A DNA stretch of 60,668 bases. It comes from Actinomycetota bacterium (lineage in GTDB: Bacteria; Actinomycetota; Acidimicrobiia; Acidimicrobiales; SZUA-35). Shown one piece after another: positions 7,740-16,848 of the stretch. Below the pieces are notes generated by a model. That model was not told the origin of the DNA, did no database searches, and was given only the letters and a program-made list of their open reading frames with translations. The DNA is taken from positions 1-60,668 of the forward strand of contig JBCCGJ010000001.1 in the NCBI GenBank assembly GCA_039029335.1. The letters run 5' to 3'. How positions within the stretch are numbered: position 1 is the first letter of the stretch; every line of letters begins with the position of its first letter. The translations under genes were made by a program, and so were the position numbers.

Positions 7740-10700
7740 TCAGCCCCGCCTGGTCCGGCGGGCCGGCATCTGTCGACGCTGGGCGCCTCGGGACCGGGAC
7801 TCTTCCTGCCGCTGGCCTTCGTCCTGACCGGTGAGCCGCCGGATGGTCGGCCGGTCGAACAGGTCGACCAGCTTGAAATCGGGAACGGACTCGGTGGCCT
7901 GGATGGCCGAGATGAGTTCAACCGCCAGGAGGGAGGTGCCGCCGAACTCGAAGAAGTTGTCGTCGATGCCAAGGGTCTTGTAACCGAGGACCTTGCGCCA
8001 CACTTCCACAAGCTGGATCTGGACGTCGTTCTCCGGTGGCGCCAGTGGCGTGTCCTCGGGGCGGTTCTTCTCGAACTGCTCCCGGATCAGCTCCATGATC
8101 GCCGCGCCGGTCCGGCGGGTCATGGCGATCGTCTCGGACCGTTCGGAGTTGACGGGGACCGCGGCGGTGTTGCGGGCGGCCCCGTCATCGACCGCGTCCG
8201 GCTCCACCGGGACAAACACCAGCCCGGCGGCGGCGTCCGCGGCCATCGTGTAGGTGTCGCCGTCGAAGGCGGCGACGCCGTCCGTGACCAGCCCGTCCAG
8301 GAACTTGCGGACGGGTTCGTTGCGGTCACTGCGGAGGTAGGGGAGGGCAACGGTGGCCGCTCCGGCTTCGGATGCCCGCTCGCCGAGGGTGCGGATCATC
8401 TGATGCTCGACACCCCGGCCGAGGGCCCGACAGCTCATGAGAAAGCTGTCGGCGGTGAGCGTGCCGTCGGCCCCGGGGTTGTCGACCGAATGGGTCATCA
8501 ACCCGACGATGCCGTAGTCCCCGAATCGGTCGGAGACCTTCACCGTGGTGCCGCCGGCGTCGCCGGCCAGCAGTGATCGCATCTCCGCCTCGGTCCGGCG
8601 AACGGTTGTGGTGTTGAACTGGTTGGTCCGCTGGGTCATCTGGGCGGCCCGGGGGACGGACTCCTCGCCGAGGGGTTGGACGTCGATCGACAGTTCCAGC
8701 TGGGCGATGAAGTCGGCGAAGTCACCGCTGCCGGACTGCAGCTCCTGGCGGCGGGCCTCCTCGGAGTACATCTTGGCCCGCTTCTCGTCCTCGGCGGTTA
8801 GCTGTCCGAACTGGTCCAGCTCCCACAGGTGCCGGGCGAACCGGTCGTCGAGGCGATCGCGGTCCTCGACGCAGATGGTCAGAACCTCGGGGGCCCGGGA
8901 CCGCACTTCGCCGCACTCCAGCGGGGAGTCGTCGAGGAAGACGGCGGAGTCCGAACCGATGCCGATCTGGGTTGCGATGTCCCGGATGTTCTGCGACTTC
9001 GGGTCCCAGTTGATCCGGTGGGCGGTGATGTCGTCCCAGGTGAGGATCATGTCCGGCACGGCGGCGAACGCCTCGCGGACGATGGCCTCGTCGTTCTTGG
9101 AGGCGAGGGCCACCACCATGCCGCGGCCGATGGCGTCCTTGGCCAGCTGCTGCACCACCCGGGCCGGTTCGTCGATGACCAGACCGTCGACGCCGTCCTC
9201 GCCGACAACGCCTTTCCAGACGGTGTTGTCGCAGTCCAGGACCAGCAGCTTGCGGGGCGTCCTGGTTGACGCCAGGAGGAACCGGACGAGGTGGGTGCCG
9301 AGGGCGGCGAAGAAGTCCGGGGTGTAGGGCACATGGCCGAGGCGGTCGGCGACCGGATCCCGGAGTTCGGTGATGCCGTAGTCGTGGATGATCTGCTGGG
9401 CGTCCAGGACAACCGTGTTGAGTTCACTGAGGGCCGCGGTCAGCCGCCGGTGTTCGGCCATGACCGCCGGGGTCTCCTCCGAAGGCGGGCACACCACAAA
9501 CAGCGACGGGCGGTTTGTCCGGCCGAGATGGGAGCCGACCGCATCGATGAAGAGGTCCACATTCTTGGCCAGCGCGGCCAGCTGCTCTGCGTCCTCTGCG
9601 GAGGCGGTGCTGGCCGGGGCCTGGTAGTCCTTGGCCTTGGCGTAGATGGTGTAGAGGCCGGAGCCGACCAGCAGGTTCTCCTCGTCCGAGGTGCACTCGT
9701 AACCGTGTGCCTCCAGCAGCTCGGTCACGTCGTCGATGCCGTGGGGTTCCTCCCAGTGGACCTCGACGATGAGCTGGCGGATCTTCGGCCAGTCCTCGTC
9801 CCGGATACCCCGCAGGATGCCCCGCTCGCTCTTCTCGGCATCGACCTTGAGGAGATCGATCTCGGTCAGGTTGTGGCGATCGATGACTTCACCCAGGGAG
9901 ACCAGCTCACAGACCTGGGCCACGGCTTCGACCCGGTCGGCCATGAACTCCTCTACAACCTCGGCAACCAGCTCCTCGGAGTAGTTGCCGCTGGCCCGGA
10001 CCGTGTTCTCCACGATGGCCAGGATGGACTCCCGCTCCGTCTCGACCTCCGGGTCGAACGTGGAGAACACCGAGGACTTGGGATAGAAGGTCAGTTCCGC
10101 CTCGCCGTTGTGCTCGGCCATGCCGGCCTGGACCAGGTGGGACTCGTGCACGTGGGCCGCCATGTTGGCGGCGAGGATCGGAGCCATGACCGGTGACGGC
10201 TCGACGGCCACCACCTTCACGTTCTTGGCCCGGCTGGCGGCGAACATGGCGAACATACCCATGTTGGCCCCCACGTCGACCACGGTTGCCCCGTCGCCGA
10301 TGTCGATCCCGTGCCGGGCGTAGACGGTGTCGACAAAGATCTCGTTGTAGAGGTAATCCGTCTCGTACTGGTTGAGCTGGGCGACAGCCTGACCGGTGGG
10401 CAGGACCGTGGTGTCGAACTCGTCCGGAATCTCGGTGGTCTCCCGCTCCTTCATCCAGTCGTCGACCTTGACCAGCCCGACGTGGACGTCGGCGTCGGCG
10501 TTGAACGCATCCCCGCCGGTCAGCAGTTCCTGGAACAGCTGGCCGTAGCCCGCGGGCCGCAGCGCTATGGAGTTGCCGAACTCGGCGGACCAGTAGCGGA
10601 TGATCTGCTCAAGCGGATCGGTGGAGAAGGTGGCGGCAACACCGATGGTCGCGGTGTCGGCCGGAGCACCGAAGCGCTGCAGATGCACGCCCCGGAGGAA

Positions 10701-11435
10701 GGCGATGGTGTTGCCCGCCTCGTCGGCGACGTCAACGTCAGCGGTGAGCGTGGAGGGTGTGCGATCGACGTTGGTTGCGGTGATCGTCCCCGCCGCGGCC
10801 GTCACGTCGGCCACCCCGGCAGGGAAGCCGATCAGCTCGATCCGGCCGAGCAGGAACGCCGCGTCGAATCCGGCGGCCGCGCCCAGCACATGGAACGCAC
10901 CGTCCACGGCTGCGGTCAGCACGTTGGCCCCACCCTGCTCGACGACGTCCGCACCGATGCCCCACTGGGCGGAGAGCGCGCTGTCGGCGATGACGGCCGA
11001 GCTGATCACCTTGAGCGCATCGCCGTAGTTGTTGCCGACCGCGTCGAGCCCGCCGTAGATCTCGTCCGCGGAGACGGTTCGTCCGCCGCCGAGGTCGGCC
11101 TCGGCGAGCGGGGACGGCGCTTCGCTGGTGGGTTTTGCCGAGGCGAGGACGGACCCCTCCGCGTCGGTGAGGCTGATCGGGTTGTCGGCGACCACCCGGG
11201 CGACAAAGCCGCCGGCCTCGTCGGCCCGGATCATCGACTGGAAATCGACGCCGCCGAGGTGTGGCTCCGGCGAATCGGCCAGCATCTCCAGCACGGTGGC
11301 GATGCCGGGGACGATGACAACGCCGTTGACGACGTGGGCCGCCAGCAGGGACCAGGGAGTGGACGCCGCAGGACTCTGGCTGACGCCGGTCGAGAAGTCG
11401 ACCTCTCTGAGGTTGTCCGCGGAACTATCGGTCAT
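7740..11435 (-). CDS. Multidomain FkbH-type loading protein: PKS-DH-like hot-dog domain / FkbM-family methyltransferase / FkbH (HAD-IIIC phosphatase-acyltransferase) / carrier protein
   Basis: The longest ORF starts at a TTG at 11465. I prefer the ATG at 11435, preceded by GGAGGG.
- DH-like domain: HxxxGxxxxP motif HVVNGVVIVP, nt 11307-11336.
- FkbM-type SAM methyltransferase: VVDVGANMGMFAMFAA...VVAVEPSP.
- FkbH core: LLVLDCDNTVWKGVVGEDG (DxDxT at about 9222-9236), ...ASKND..., DDSPLE, with a GNAT-like C-terminal half (FGDYGIVG).
- Carrier domain: FFEFGGTSLLAV, Ser codon at 7932-7934.
- C-terminus: an Arg-rich tail. Confidence 0.9.
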   Translation of the reverse strand: MTDSSADNLREVDFSTGVSQSPAASTPWSLLAAHVVNGVVIVPGIATVLEMLADSPEPHLGGVDFQSMIRADEAGGFVARVVADNPISLTDAEGSVLASAKPTSEAPSPLAEADLGGGRTVSADEIYGGLDAVGNNYGDALKVISSAVIADSALSAQWGIGADVVEQGGANVLTAAVDGAFHVLGAAAGFDAAFLLGRIELIGFPAGVADVTAAAGTITATNVDRTPSTLTADVDVADEAGNTIAFLRGVHLQRFGAPADTATIGVAATFSTDPLEQIIRYWSAEFGNSIALRPAGYGQLFQELLTGGDAFNADADVHVGLVKVDDWMKERETTEIPDEFDTTVLPTGQAVAQLNQYETDYLYNEIFVDTVYARHGIDIGDGATVVDVGANMGMFAMFAASRAKNVKVVAVEPSPVMAPILAANMAAHVHESHLVQAGMAEHNGEAELTFYPKSSVFSTFDPEVETERESILAIVENTVRASGNYSEELVAEVVEEFMADRVEAVAQVCELVSLGEVIDRHNLTEIDLLKVDAEKSERGILRGIRDEDWPKIRQLIVEVHWEEPHGIDDVTELLEAHGYECTSDEENLLVGSGLYTIYAKAKDYQAPASTASAEDAEQLAALAKNVDLFIDAVGSHLGRTNRPSLFVVCPPSEETPAVMAEHRRLTAALSELNTVVLDAQQIIHDYGITELRDPVADRLGHVPYTPDFFAALGTHLVRFLLASTRTPRKLLVLDCDNTVWKGVVGEDGVDGLVIDEPARVVQQLAKDAIGRGMVVALASKNDEAIVREAFAAVPDMILTWDDITAHRINWDPKSQNIRDIATQIGIGSDSAVFLDDSPLECGEVRSRAPEVLTICVEDRDRLDDRFARHLWELDQFGQLTAEDEKRAKMYSEEARRQELQSGSGDFADFIAQLELSIDVQPLGEESVPRAAQMTQRTNQFNTTTVRRTEAEMRSLLAGDAGGTTVKVSDRFGDYGIVGLMTHSVDNPGADGTLTADSFLMSCRALGRGVEHQMIRTLGERASEAGAATVALPYLRSDRNEPVRKFLDGLVTDGVAAFDGDTYTMAADAAAGLVFVPVEPDAVDDGAARNTAAVPVNSERSETIAMTRRTGAAIMELIREQFEKNRPEDTPLAPPENDVQIQLVEVWRKVLGYKTLGIDDNFFEFGGTSLLAVELISAIQATESVPDFKLVDLFDRPTIRRLTGQDEGQRQEESRSRGAQRRQMPARRTRRG

Positions 11436-11659
11436 GATGCCCTCCATGGTTGGAGCCGAGATCAAACGTCTGCCCGACCTGACCGTTCTTGTCAGGACTT
11501 ACGCCTCGTGCCCCGTATTCTATTGACGAGCTTCTCGTGTCCACCGGAGCCGGCGTGTCGCCGAGGGCCGTGGTGAGAGGTTCGACAGGTTGAGACTGCG
11601 TCGACCTTCGGCCGTTACCCGATTCTCTCGGTGGTCCCGCCCCGCAAAGTCGATAGTCA

Positions 11660-13006
11660 ATGGTGTCAGGAGGGCGAGTGCAGCCACAACCAACACGGGG
11701 GAAAATAGACCGACTTAGGTCAAATCGCCTTGTGCGCGGCGTTGGTATGCAGGCCGGTGGCGCGGCGATTGCCCAGCTGGTTGTGGTGGCGGTCACACCT
11801 CTGCTCACCCGCCTGTACTCCGAGGAGGACTTCGGGGCCTTCGAGGTGTATGCGGCGATGCTGACGATGGTGGCGGTTCTTTCTACGGGGCGGTTGTTCG
11901 AGGCGATCGTCGTTCCGGCCGACGAAGGCGAGGGGCGGGCGGTTTTCGGTGCGGGGCTTCGGGTCCTGCTGGGGTTTGCCGGGGCGGTCCTTCTCATCGT
12001 CGCTGTGGGAAGGAACACCATCGCGGGCTGGTTCGGAACCCCGGACCTGGCCACGCTGCTCTGGCTTGCTCCGATCGGCATTTTGGCCCTCGGCATGAGG
12101 CAGCTGTACCAGGGCTGGGCAGTGCGGGCCAAGGACTACCGGGCCCTTGCGGAGAACAACCTGAGCCGGGGCATTGCGGCATCGGTGGTCAACGTTGGAG
12201 CGGGCGTCGTGGGACTCGGCGGTCTTGGCCTCGCGCTCGGCCACGGTGCCGGGTTCGGATTCGCCTCGTGGCGGCTGGGTAAGCGGCTCAAGGTGCCCCC
12301 GGCCACCAAGGATGTCCGGACGGTCGACGCACTGCGGGAGTACCGCCGGTTCCCCCTGCTGTCCGGACCGAGCGCCATGCTGAACGCCGTCTCCCGGGGC
12401 ATGCCGCCGCTGGCCCTTGCCGCAATCTTCAGTGCAACCGTCGTCGGGTTCTACGGCCTCATCACCCGAGCGCTCGGTCAGCCGCTGCTGCTGTTCCAGG
12501 AGGCCACCACCCGGGTCTTCTCCGGAGAGGCGGCCCAGCTCCGCCGGGACGGTCGGTCCGGACTGGTCCGGTTGGCGTTCAACTTCGTCAGGTCCCAGGC
12601 GGTCATCGGTGCGTTGATCGTCGGGGTTGCCTTTGTCCTGGCACCGACAATGATCCCCATCGTCTTCGGCGAGCGCTGGGCGGAGTCTGCGGACTACCTC
12701 CGCATCATGGCGCCACTGTTCTATATACGTACGATGGCGGGGCCGCTGATGGCCATCTTCTCGATCCTCGGCAGGCAACAAACCCATCTCCTGGTCGAGG
12801 TCAGTCGATTTGTGATGGTGGGAACCGGTTTTGTCCTGGCATATGTGCTGGACTTGGACGTGCTGATGACCCTCGGAGTGTTCACCGCCGCCGCCTCACT
12901 CGGGCAACTGTTCGGCGCATCCCTGGCCTTCTATGAGATGGGCCGCTGGGATCGTGCGCCGCTGCCACCAACCACCGACGGCGGGACACCCGGAATCGCC
13001 GAGTGA
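11660..13006 (+). CDS. MOP-superfamily polysaccharide flippase (Wzx-like)
   Basis: About 12 predicted hydrophobic segments. The N-terminus LRSNRLVRGVGMQAGGAAIAQLVVVAVTPLLTRLYSEEDFG matches the Polysacc_synt N-terminal pattern (..RL..PedFG). The start is ambiguous: an ATG at 11660, or a GTG at 11678 three nt after AGGAGGG. The TGA stop overlaps the next gene's GTG as GTGA at 13003-13006. Confidence 0.75.
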   Translation: MVSGGRVQPQPTRGKIDRLRSNRLVRGVGMQAGGAAIAQLVVVAVTPLLTRLYSEEDFGAFEVYAAMLTMVAVLSTGRLFEAIVVPADEGEGRAVFGAGLRVLLGFAGAVLLIVAVGRNTIAGWFGTPDLATLLWLAPIGILALGMRQLYQGWAVRAKDYRALAENNLSRGIAASVVNVGAGVVGLGGLGLALGHGAGFGFASWRLGKRLKVPPATKDVRTVDALREYRRFPLLSGPSAMLNAVSRGMPPLALAAIFSATVVGFYGLITRALGQPLLLFQEATTRVFSGEAAQLRRDGRSGLVRLAFNFVRSQAVIGALIVGVAFVLAPTMIPIVFGERWAESADYLRIMAPLFYIRTMAGPLMAIFSILGRQQTHLLVEVSRFVMVGTGFVLAYVLDLDVLMTLGVFTAAASLGQLFGASLAFYEMGRWDRAPLPPTTDGGTPGIAE

Positions 13007-14814
13007 TCCGCCGAGCGCTGACGCAGTCCGTTGTCGCGCTGGTGATCGCCGCCCTGGCATCGTTGGTCGTCGCCGCTGCCGGTGGCCCGGCCCTCGCAGC
13101 CGGGGCCGGCGTTCCGGCGGTGAATCGGAGCGGCGTTCCGGCGGTGACTTGGAGCGGCGTCCCGGTGGTGAATCGGAGCGGCGTTCCGGCGGTGAATCGG
13201 AGCGGCGTCCCGGCGGTGAATCGGAGCGGCGTTCCGCCGCGGGTCGCCTGCCCGCTGTTTGTGCCGGCCGACGTCCGGGTTAACGATCGGTTCGGGACGG
13301 CCATCGGCATCGACGGTGACGACCTCGCCGTCGGGTCGTGGCTGGCCGACGAGCAGGGGCTGCGGGACGCGGGCTCGGTCACCGTGTTCACCATCGGACC
13401 GGACGGTGCGGCGTCGGAGGTGCAGCGGCTGGTGGCCGAACCACCGGAGCCCCGGGCCAACTTCGGGTTCAGCGTCGACCTCGACGGGGACGTTCTGGCG
13501 GTTGGTGCCGTTGCCGCCTCGACCGAGCGGGGCGGCGACACCGTTACAGAAGCCGGAGCGGTCCACGTGTTCGAACGGGCCGGGGCGGACCAACCATGGG
13601 TCTGGTCGGCCCGGTTGGTGGCGGCCGACGCCGAGTCGGACGACCGGTTCGGCTACAGCCTGGAGGTCGACGCCGCATCGGGCACGATCATCGTCGGCGC
13701 CCACACCGATGACGTCGAGCTGCCCGACGCCGACACTGCGGGCGACGCCGCACCGCTTGTGGACGCCGGTTCGGCCTACCTGTTCGAGCGGACGGAGACC
13801 GGCAGCTGGACCCAGACCAAAAAGCTGGTCGACCCGACGGCCCGGCCCGGGGATCGGGCGGGCCACGACGTCGCCATCTCCGGCCGATGGATGATCGTCG
13901 GTCACCACCTCGACGATCAGGTCGGCAATCGAACCGTCAACAATGCGGGTGGTGCCCTCCTCTATGAACGAACCGACGACGGGATCGTCGGCCCGCTCGA
14001 GCTGACCGGCAGTGCGCCGATGGCCCGGGACCGGGCCGGCATCGCCGTGGACGTCGACGATGACCTCCTGGCCATGACCGGCTGGTCCCAGAACCCGGGC
14101 GATCGCAGCGTCCTGTGGGTGTTCCGTCACGGGGATGCCGGCTGGCGGGAGGAGGTCAGGATCGAGCTGGCGGAGCCGATCGTCGGCGAGGCCGACCGTG
14201 ACAGCAACGGCGACAGCAACGGTGTCGAGGGCAGTGTCGACAGTGACAGCAACGGTGGCCGCACACCGACCGCACGGACCGCACCGGCCACACAGTTCGG
14301 CCGACACCTGGCGGTGGCGAACGGGATCGTGATTGTCGGTGCATCGGCGGACGGGGTCGGTGCACCGGGCGGGGGAGCCGTCCACATCTTCGGCGCACCG
14401 GCGGGGGAGTGGGGTCGGCTCGGCCGGATCGCTCCGGACGACGTCGGCGAGAATGCCCAGGCCGGCATCTCGGTCGGGCTGTCCGAGCGGTGGGCGGCGA
14501 TGGGGGCGGAACGGGCCGAGCTCGGTCTGCGCAACAGTGGCGGCGCGTGTGTCCTCCCGCTTGCCGGGTTGCTCGACGACGCCGCAATCGAGGTGGACCC
14601 GTCGGTCACCGTTGTGCTCGACGCGGGTGATCGGGCGCCGGCCCCTGCGGAACCGCTCGGTGCCGGTCCCCTTCAGCGCCTCGGCGGCGATCGGTCGAAC
14701 AACACCGTGGCGGTCGGGGTCATCGCCGCCGGAGTGGCGGCTGCGGTCATGGCGCTCGCCGCCGTCGTCCTGGTGATCAGATCCCGCGGTCGAGGGGACC
14801 CCCGACTGCCGTGA
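13003..14814 (+). CDS. Secreted, C-terminally membrane-anchored FG-GAP-like beta-propeller protein with an N-terminal octapeptide repeat
   Basis: 603 aa.
- Signal peptide: MIRRALTQSVVALVIAALASLVVAAAGGPALAAGAG.
- Repeat: (GVPAVNRS)x5.
- Propeller blades: repeated DxFGxxxxxDGDxLAVGA....AGAVxVF.
- C-terminal TM helix: VAVGVIAAGVAAAVMALAAVVLVI followed by RSRGRG. Confidence 0.85.
   Translation: MIRRALTQSVVALVIAALASLVVAAAGGPALAAGAGVPAVNRSGVPAVTWSGVPVVNRSGVPAVNRSGVPAVNRSGVPPRVACPLFVPADVRVNDRFGTAIGIDGDDLAVGSWLADEQGLRDAGSVTVFTIGPDGAASEVQRLVAEPPEPRANFGFSVDLDGDVLAVGAVAASTERGGDTVTEAGAVHVFERAGADQPWVWSARLVAADAESDDRFGYSLEVDAASGTIIVGAHTDDVELPDADTAGDAAPLVDAGSAYLFERTETGSWTQTKKLVDPTARPGDRAGHDVAISGRWMIVGHHLDDQVGNRTVNNAGGALLYERTDDGIVGPLELTGSAPMARDRAGIAVDVDDDLLAMTGWSQNPGDRSVLWVFRHGDAGWREEVRIELAEPIVGEADRDSNGDSNGVEGSVDSDSNGGRTPTARTAPATQFGRHLAVANGIVIVGASADGVGAPGGGAVHIFGAPAGEWGRLGRIAPDDVGENAQAGISVGLSERWAAMGAERAELGLRNSGGACVLPLAGLLDDAAIEVDPSVTVVLDAGDRAPAPAEPLGAGPLQRLGGDRSNNTVAVGVIAAGVAAAVMALAAVVLVIRSRGRGDPRLP
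13108..13240 (+). repeat. In-frame 24-bp tandem repeat, about 5.5 copies (consensus GGCGTTCCGGCGGTGAATCGGAGC), encoding GVPAVNRS units
   Basis: Units start at 13108, 13132, 13156, 13180, 13204 and 13228 (partial). There are 0-3 substitutions per unit. Confidence 0.9.
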
Positions 14815-15493
14815 CGTCGGCCTTCACCAGGCCGACCCACGCTGCAGGGAGCGACGGATCGTGATCGCCGCCTGCACCGATCCGATCGAGCCGGACCGCC
14901 GCACCGTCGAACGTGAACGCGTTGGTCAGTCCCGGCCACCACAGCCGCAGGTTCTTCAGGTCTGCTCGCATACCCTCCCCGGTCCATTTGATCCACGCCT
15001 CCTTGAACACCCAGCACTGCAGGATGTCGTCGAGGTCGTCCCCGGCCAGCTGTTCGAGCTCCCGGGGATGGAGCGCCGGGGTGAGCGACGATGCCGTGAG
15101 GCCGTCGTGGATCTCGTGGCACTCGATGTCGACACCGACCGGGCCGGTGCGGTCCACGGCCAACACCATGAGCGGTCCGGAGGCCGACAGGTTGAAGTGC
15201 ACGGTGGGGCCGGGCTCGGCCCCGACATTGTTGTCGTCCGATTCCGCTGTGGTCGCAAGAATCGGTTTGAGGTTGCCGGCCGTTGTCAGCGCAACGGCCG
15301 CCGGGTCGATTCCCAACTCCTCGCCGAGGCGGCGGCGCAGCGCCGACTGTCGGCGGAGGTAGGAGTCCGCCGTAGCTGCATCGACAAAGCGGGCGTGCCT
15401 CGCCCGATCCTCGTCCGGCAGGAGGGAGCGGTCCGGCTCACAGGCTGCAAGCGGCAGCACATCGACCACCGTGTCCCCGTGATGGATCCGCAC
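14777..15493 (-). CDS. Sfp-type 4'-phosphopantetheinyl transferase
   Basis: GVDIE and WVFKEAWIKWTGEG (W/FxxKEAxxK) motifs. The longest ORF reaches 15577. However, the GTG at 15493-15491 overlaps the upstream gene's TAG (15495-15493) as TAGTG, so I prefer it as the coupled start. The 3' end overlaps the convergent gene by 38 nt. Confidence 0.85.
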   Translation of the reverse strand: MRIHHGDTVVDVLPLAACEPDRSLLPDEDRARHARFVDAATADSYLRRQSALRRRLGEELGIDPAAVALTTAGNLKPILATTAESDDNNVGAEPGPTVHFNLSASGPLMVLAVDRTGPVGVDIECHEIHDGLTASSLTPALHPRELEQLAGDDLDDILQCWVFKEAWIKWTGEGMRADLKNLRLWWPGLTNAFTFDGAAVRLDRIGAGGDHDPSLPAAWVGLVKADVTAVGGPLDRGI

Positions 15494-16629
15494 TACCGGC
15501 CGACCGTCCCCGCTGCGTCTTCGACGATGTTCATGACTTTGAGCCCGAATCGATCCCAGGTCATCGTGGCCGCCCATCGCCGGGCCTCGGCGCTTCGGTC
15601 CGCCCAGGCGGCCGGATCGCGGTCCAGCGTCTGGACCGTGCGGACGAACCCGTCAACGTCCCCCTCACCTACCAGCAGGCCGTCGGGACCAACGCTCTCC
15701 GGCATCGACGCCAGGTTCGTGACCACCGCGGGCACCCCCCTGGCCATCGACTCCAGGGCCACACTGCAGAAGCTCTCCACCTTGCTTGCGCTGACCACGG
15801 CGACGGTCCGGTCCAGCTCGGCGGCCAGGCCGGGCCGGTCGAGGAACCCGAGCAGCTCGATCGAGTCACGGACTCCCAACGACTCGGCAAGGTCGAGCTG
15901 GGGTTGAAACGCCGCAGCCTCCCGGCCGCTGCAGATGGCCAGGGTCCACGATCCGGGCTCGGCCCGGTTGAGGTCGGCCAGGACCCGAACCAGGGTGTCG
16001 TTGTCCTTGTGGGGTTGCGGGCTGGTGATTGCCAGCAGCCTGCCTCGCCGCTTGTCGTGGTCGGCAACCGGCGCATCCACCGGCAGCGCCCACCCGTCGG
16101 CCAGTCCGACATGGGCCACCGACGGATTGTTGATCGAGAGGTTGGGGTACCGACCGATCGCCGCGTCGAGCAGAAAGTTCGACTCGAAGATGTTCGCCGC
16201 GGCGCCGGTCAGCGCAGCCTTGGCCGCCCGGTCCCTGATCAATTCCGCCGGTCGCTGCTTCCAACCCCGGGCCCCGCTGCCCGGCTGGTAGCGGCTGAGG
16301 TTGATGTGCAGCACAACCTGCGGACCCGCCGAGCCCCGGGTCATCCGGTTCTGGGAGACCACCACCCGGTTCGGATCCGGGCCGAGCGCCTCATCGATGA
16401 GGGCCTGCTCCTGGGTGAAGCTCCTGATGCCACTCCCGGCGGCCAACTCCCGCACCTCGATCGCCGGATTCGCCTCTTTGATCATTGAGCAAACCTGCCC
16501 ATGGGAGGTGAGGGCGATCAGCTTCAGATCGCTGCCGTGACCCCGTCCGCCCGCCGCCAACGCCTCCCAAACCATGGCGCCACCACCGGGTCGTGCGGCG
16601 AGCGCATTAAACAAAACGGTCTGGGTCAT
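15493..16629 (-). CDS. GT4-family (GT-B fold) glycosyltransferase
   Basis: C-terminal VVSASKVESFCSVALESMARGVPAVVT (ExFxxxxxE, the EX7E motif). I prefer the ATG at 16629 (MTQTVLFNAL...) to the longest ORF, which reaches 16758. Confidence 0.85.
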   Translation of the reverse strand: MTQTVLFNALAARPGGGAMVWEALAAGGRGHGSDLKLIALTSHGQVCSMIKEANPAIEVRELAAGSGIRSFTQEQALIDEALGPDPNRVVVSQNRMTRGSAGPQVVLHINLSRYQPGSGARGWKQRPAELIRDRAAKAALTGAAANIFESNFLLDAAIGRYPNLSINNPSVAHVGLADGWALPVDAPVADHDKRRGRLLAITSPQPHKDNDTLVRVLADLNRAEPGSWTLAICSGREAAAFQPQLDLAESLGVRDSIELLGFLDRPGLAAELDRTVAVVSASKVESFCSVALESMARGVPAVVTNLASMPESVGPDGLLVGEGDVDGFVRTVQTLDRDPAAWADRSAEARRWAATMTWDRFGLKVMNIVEDAAGTVGR

Positions 16630-16848
16630 GACACTCCGTAAACGGGTTGTGAACGTAAAAACCCCCCGAAAAGCGGGGTTCGGCCGGTGGGAATCGGGGC
16701 GTGGTTCGCGCTTGCATGGACTGTAGGTCACGGCTGCAACCATCGGCTGCGACCACACCGATCCTCCGGCTCATCCAAGCGCCGACGCCGACCGGTTCAA
16801 ACTGGTCAAAATCCCGCCTGGGAAGCGGGGTAATGCCGCCGAACCTTC

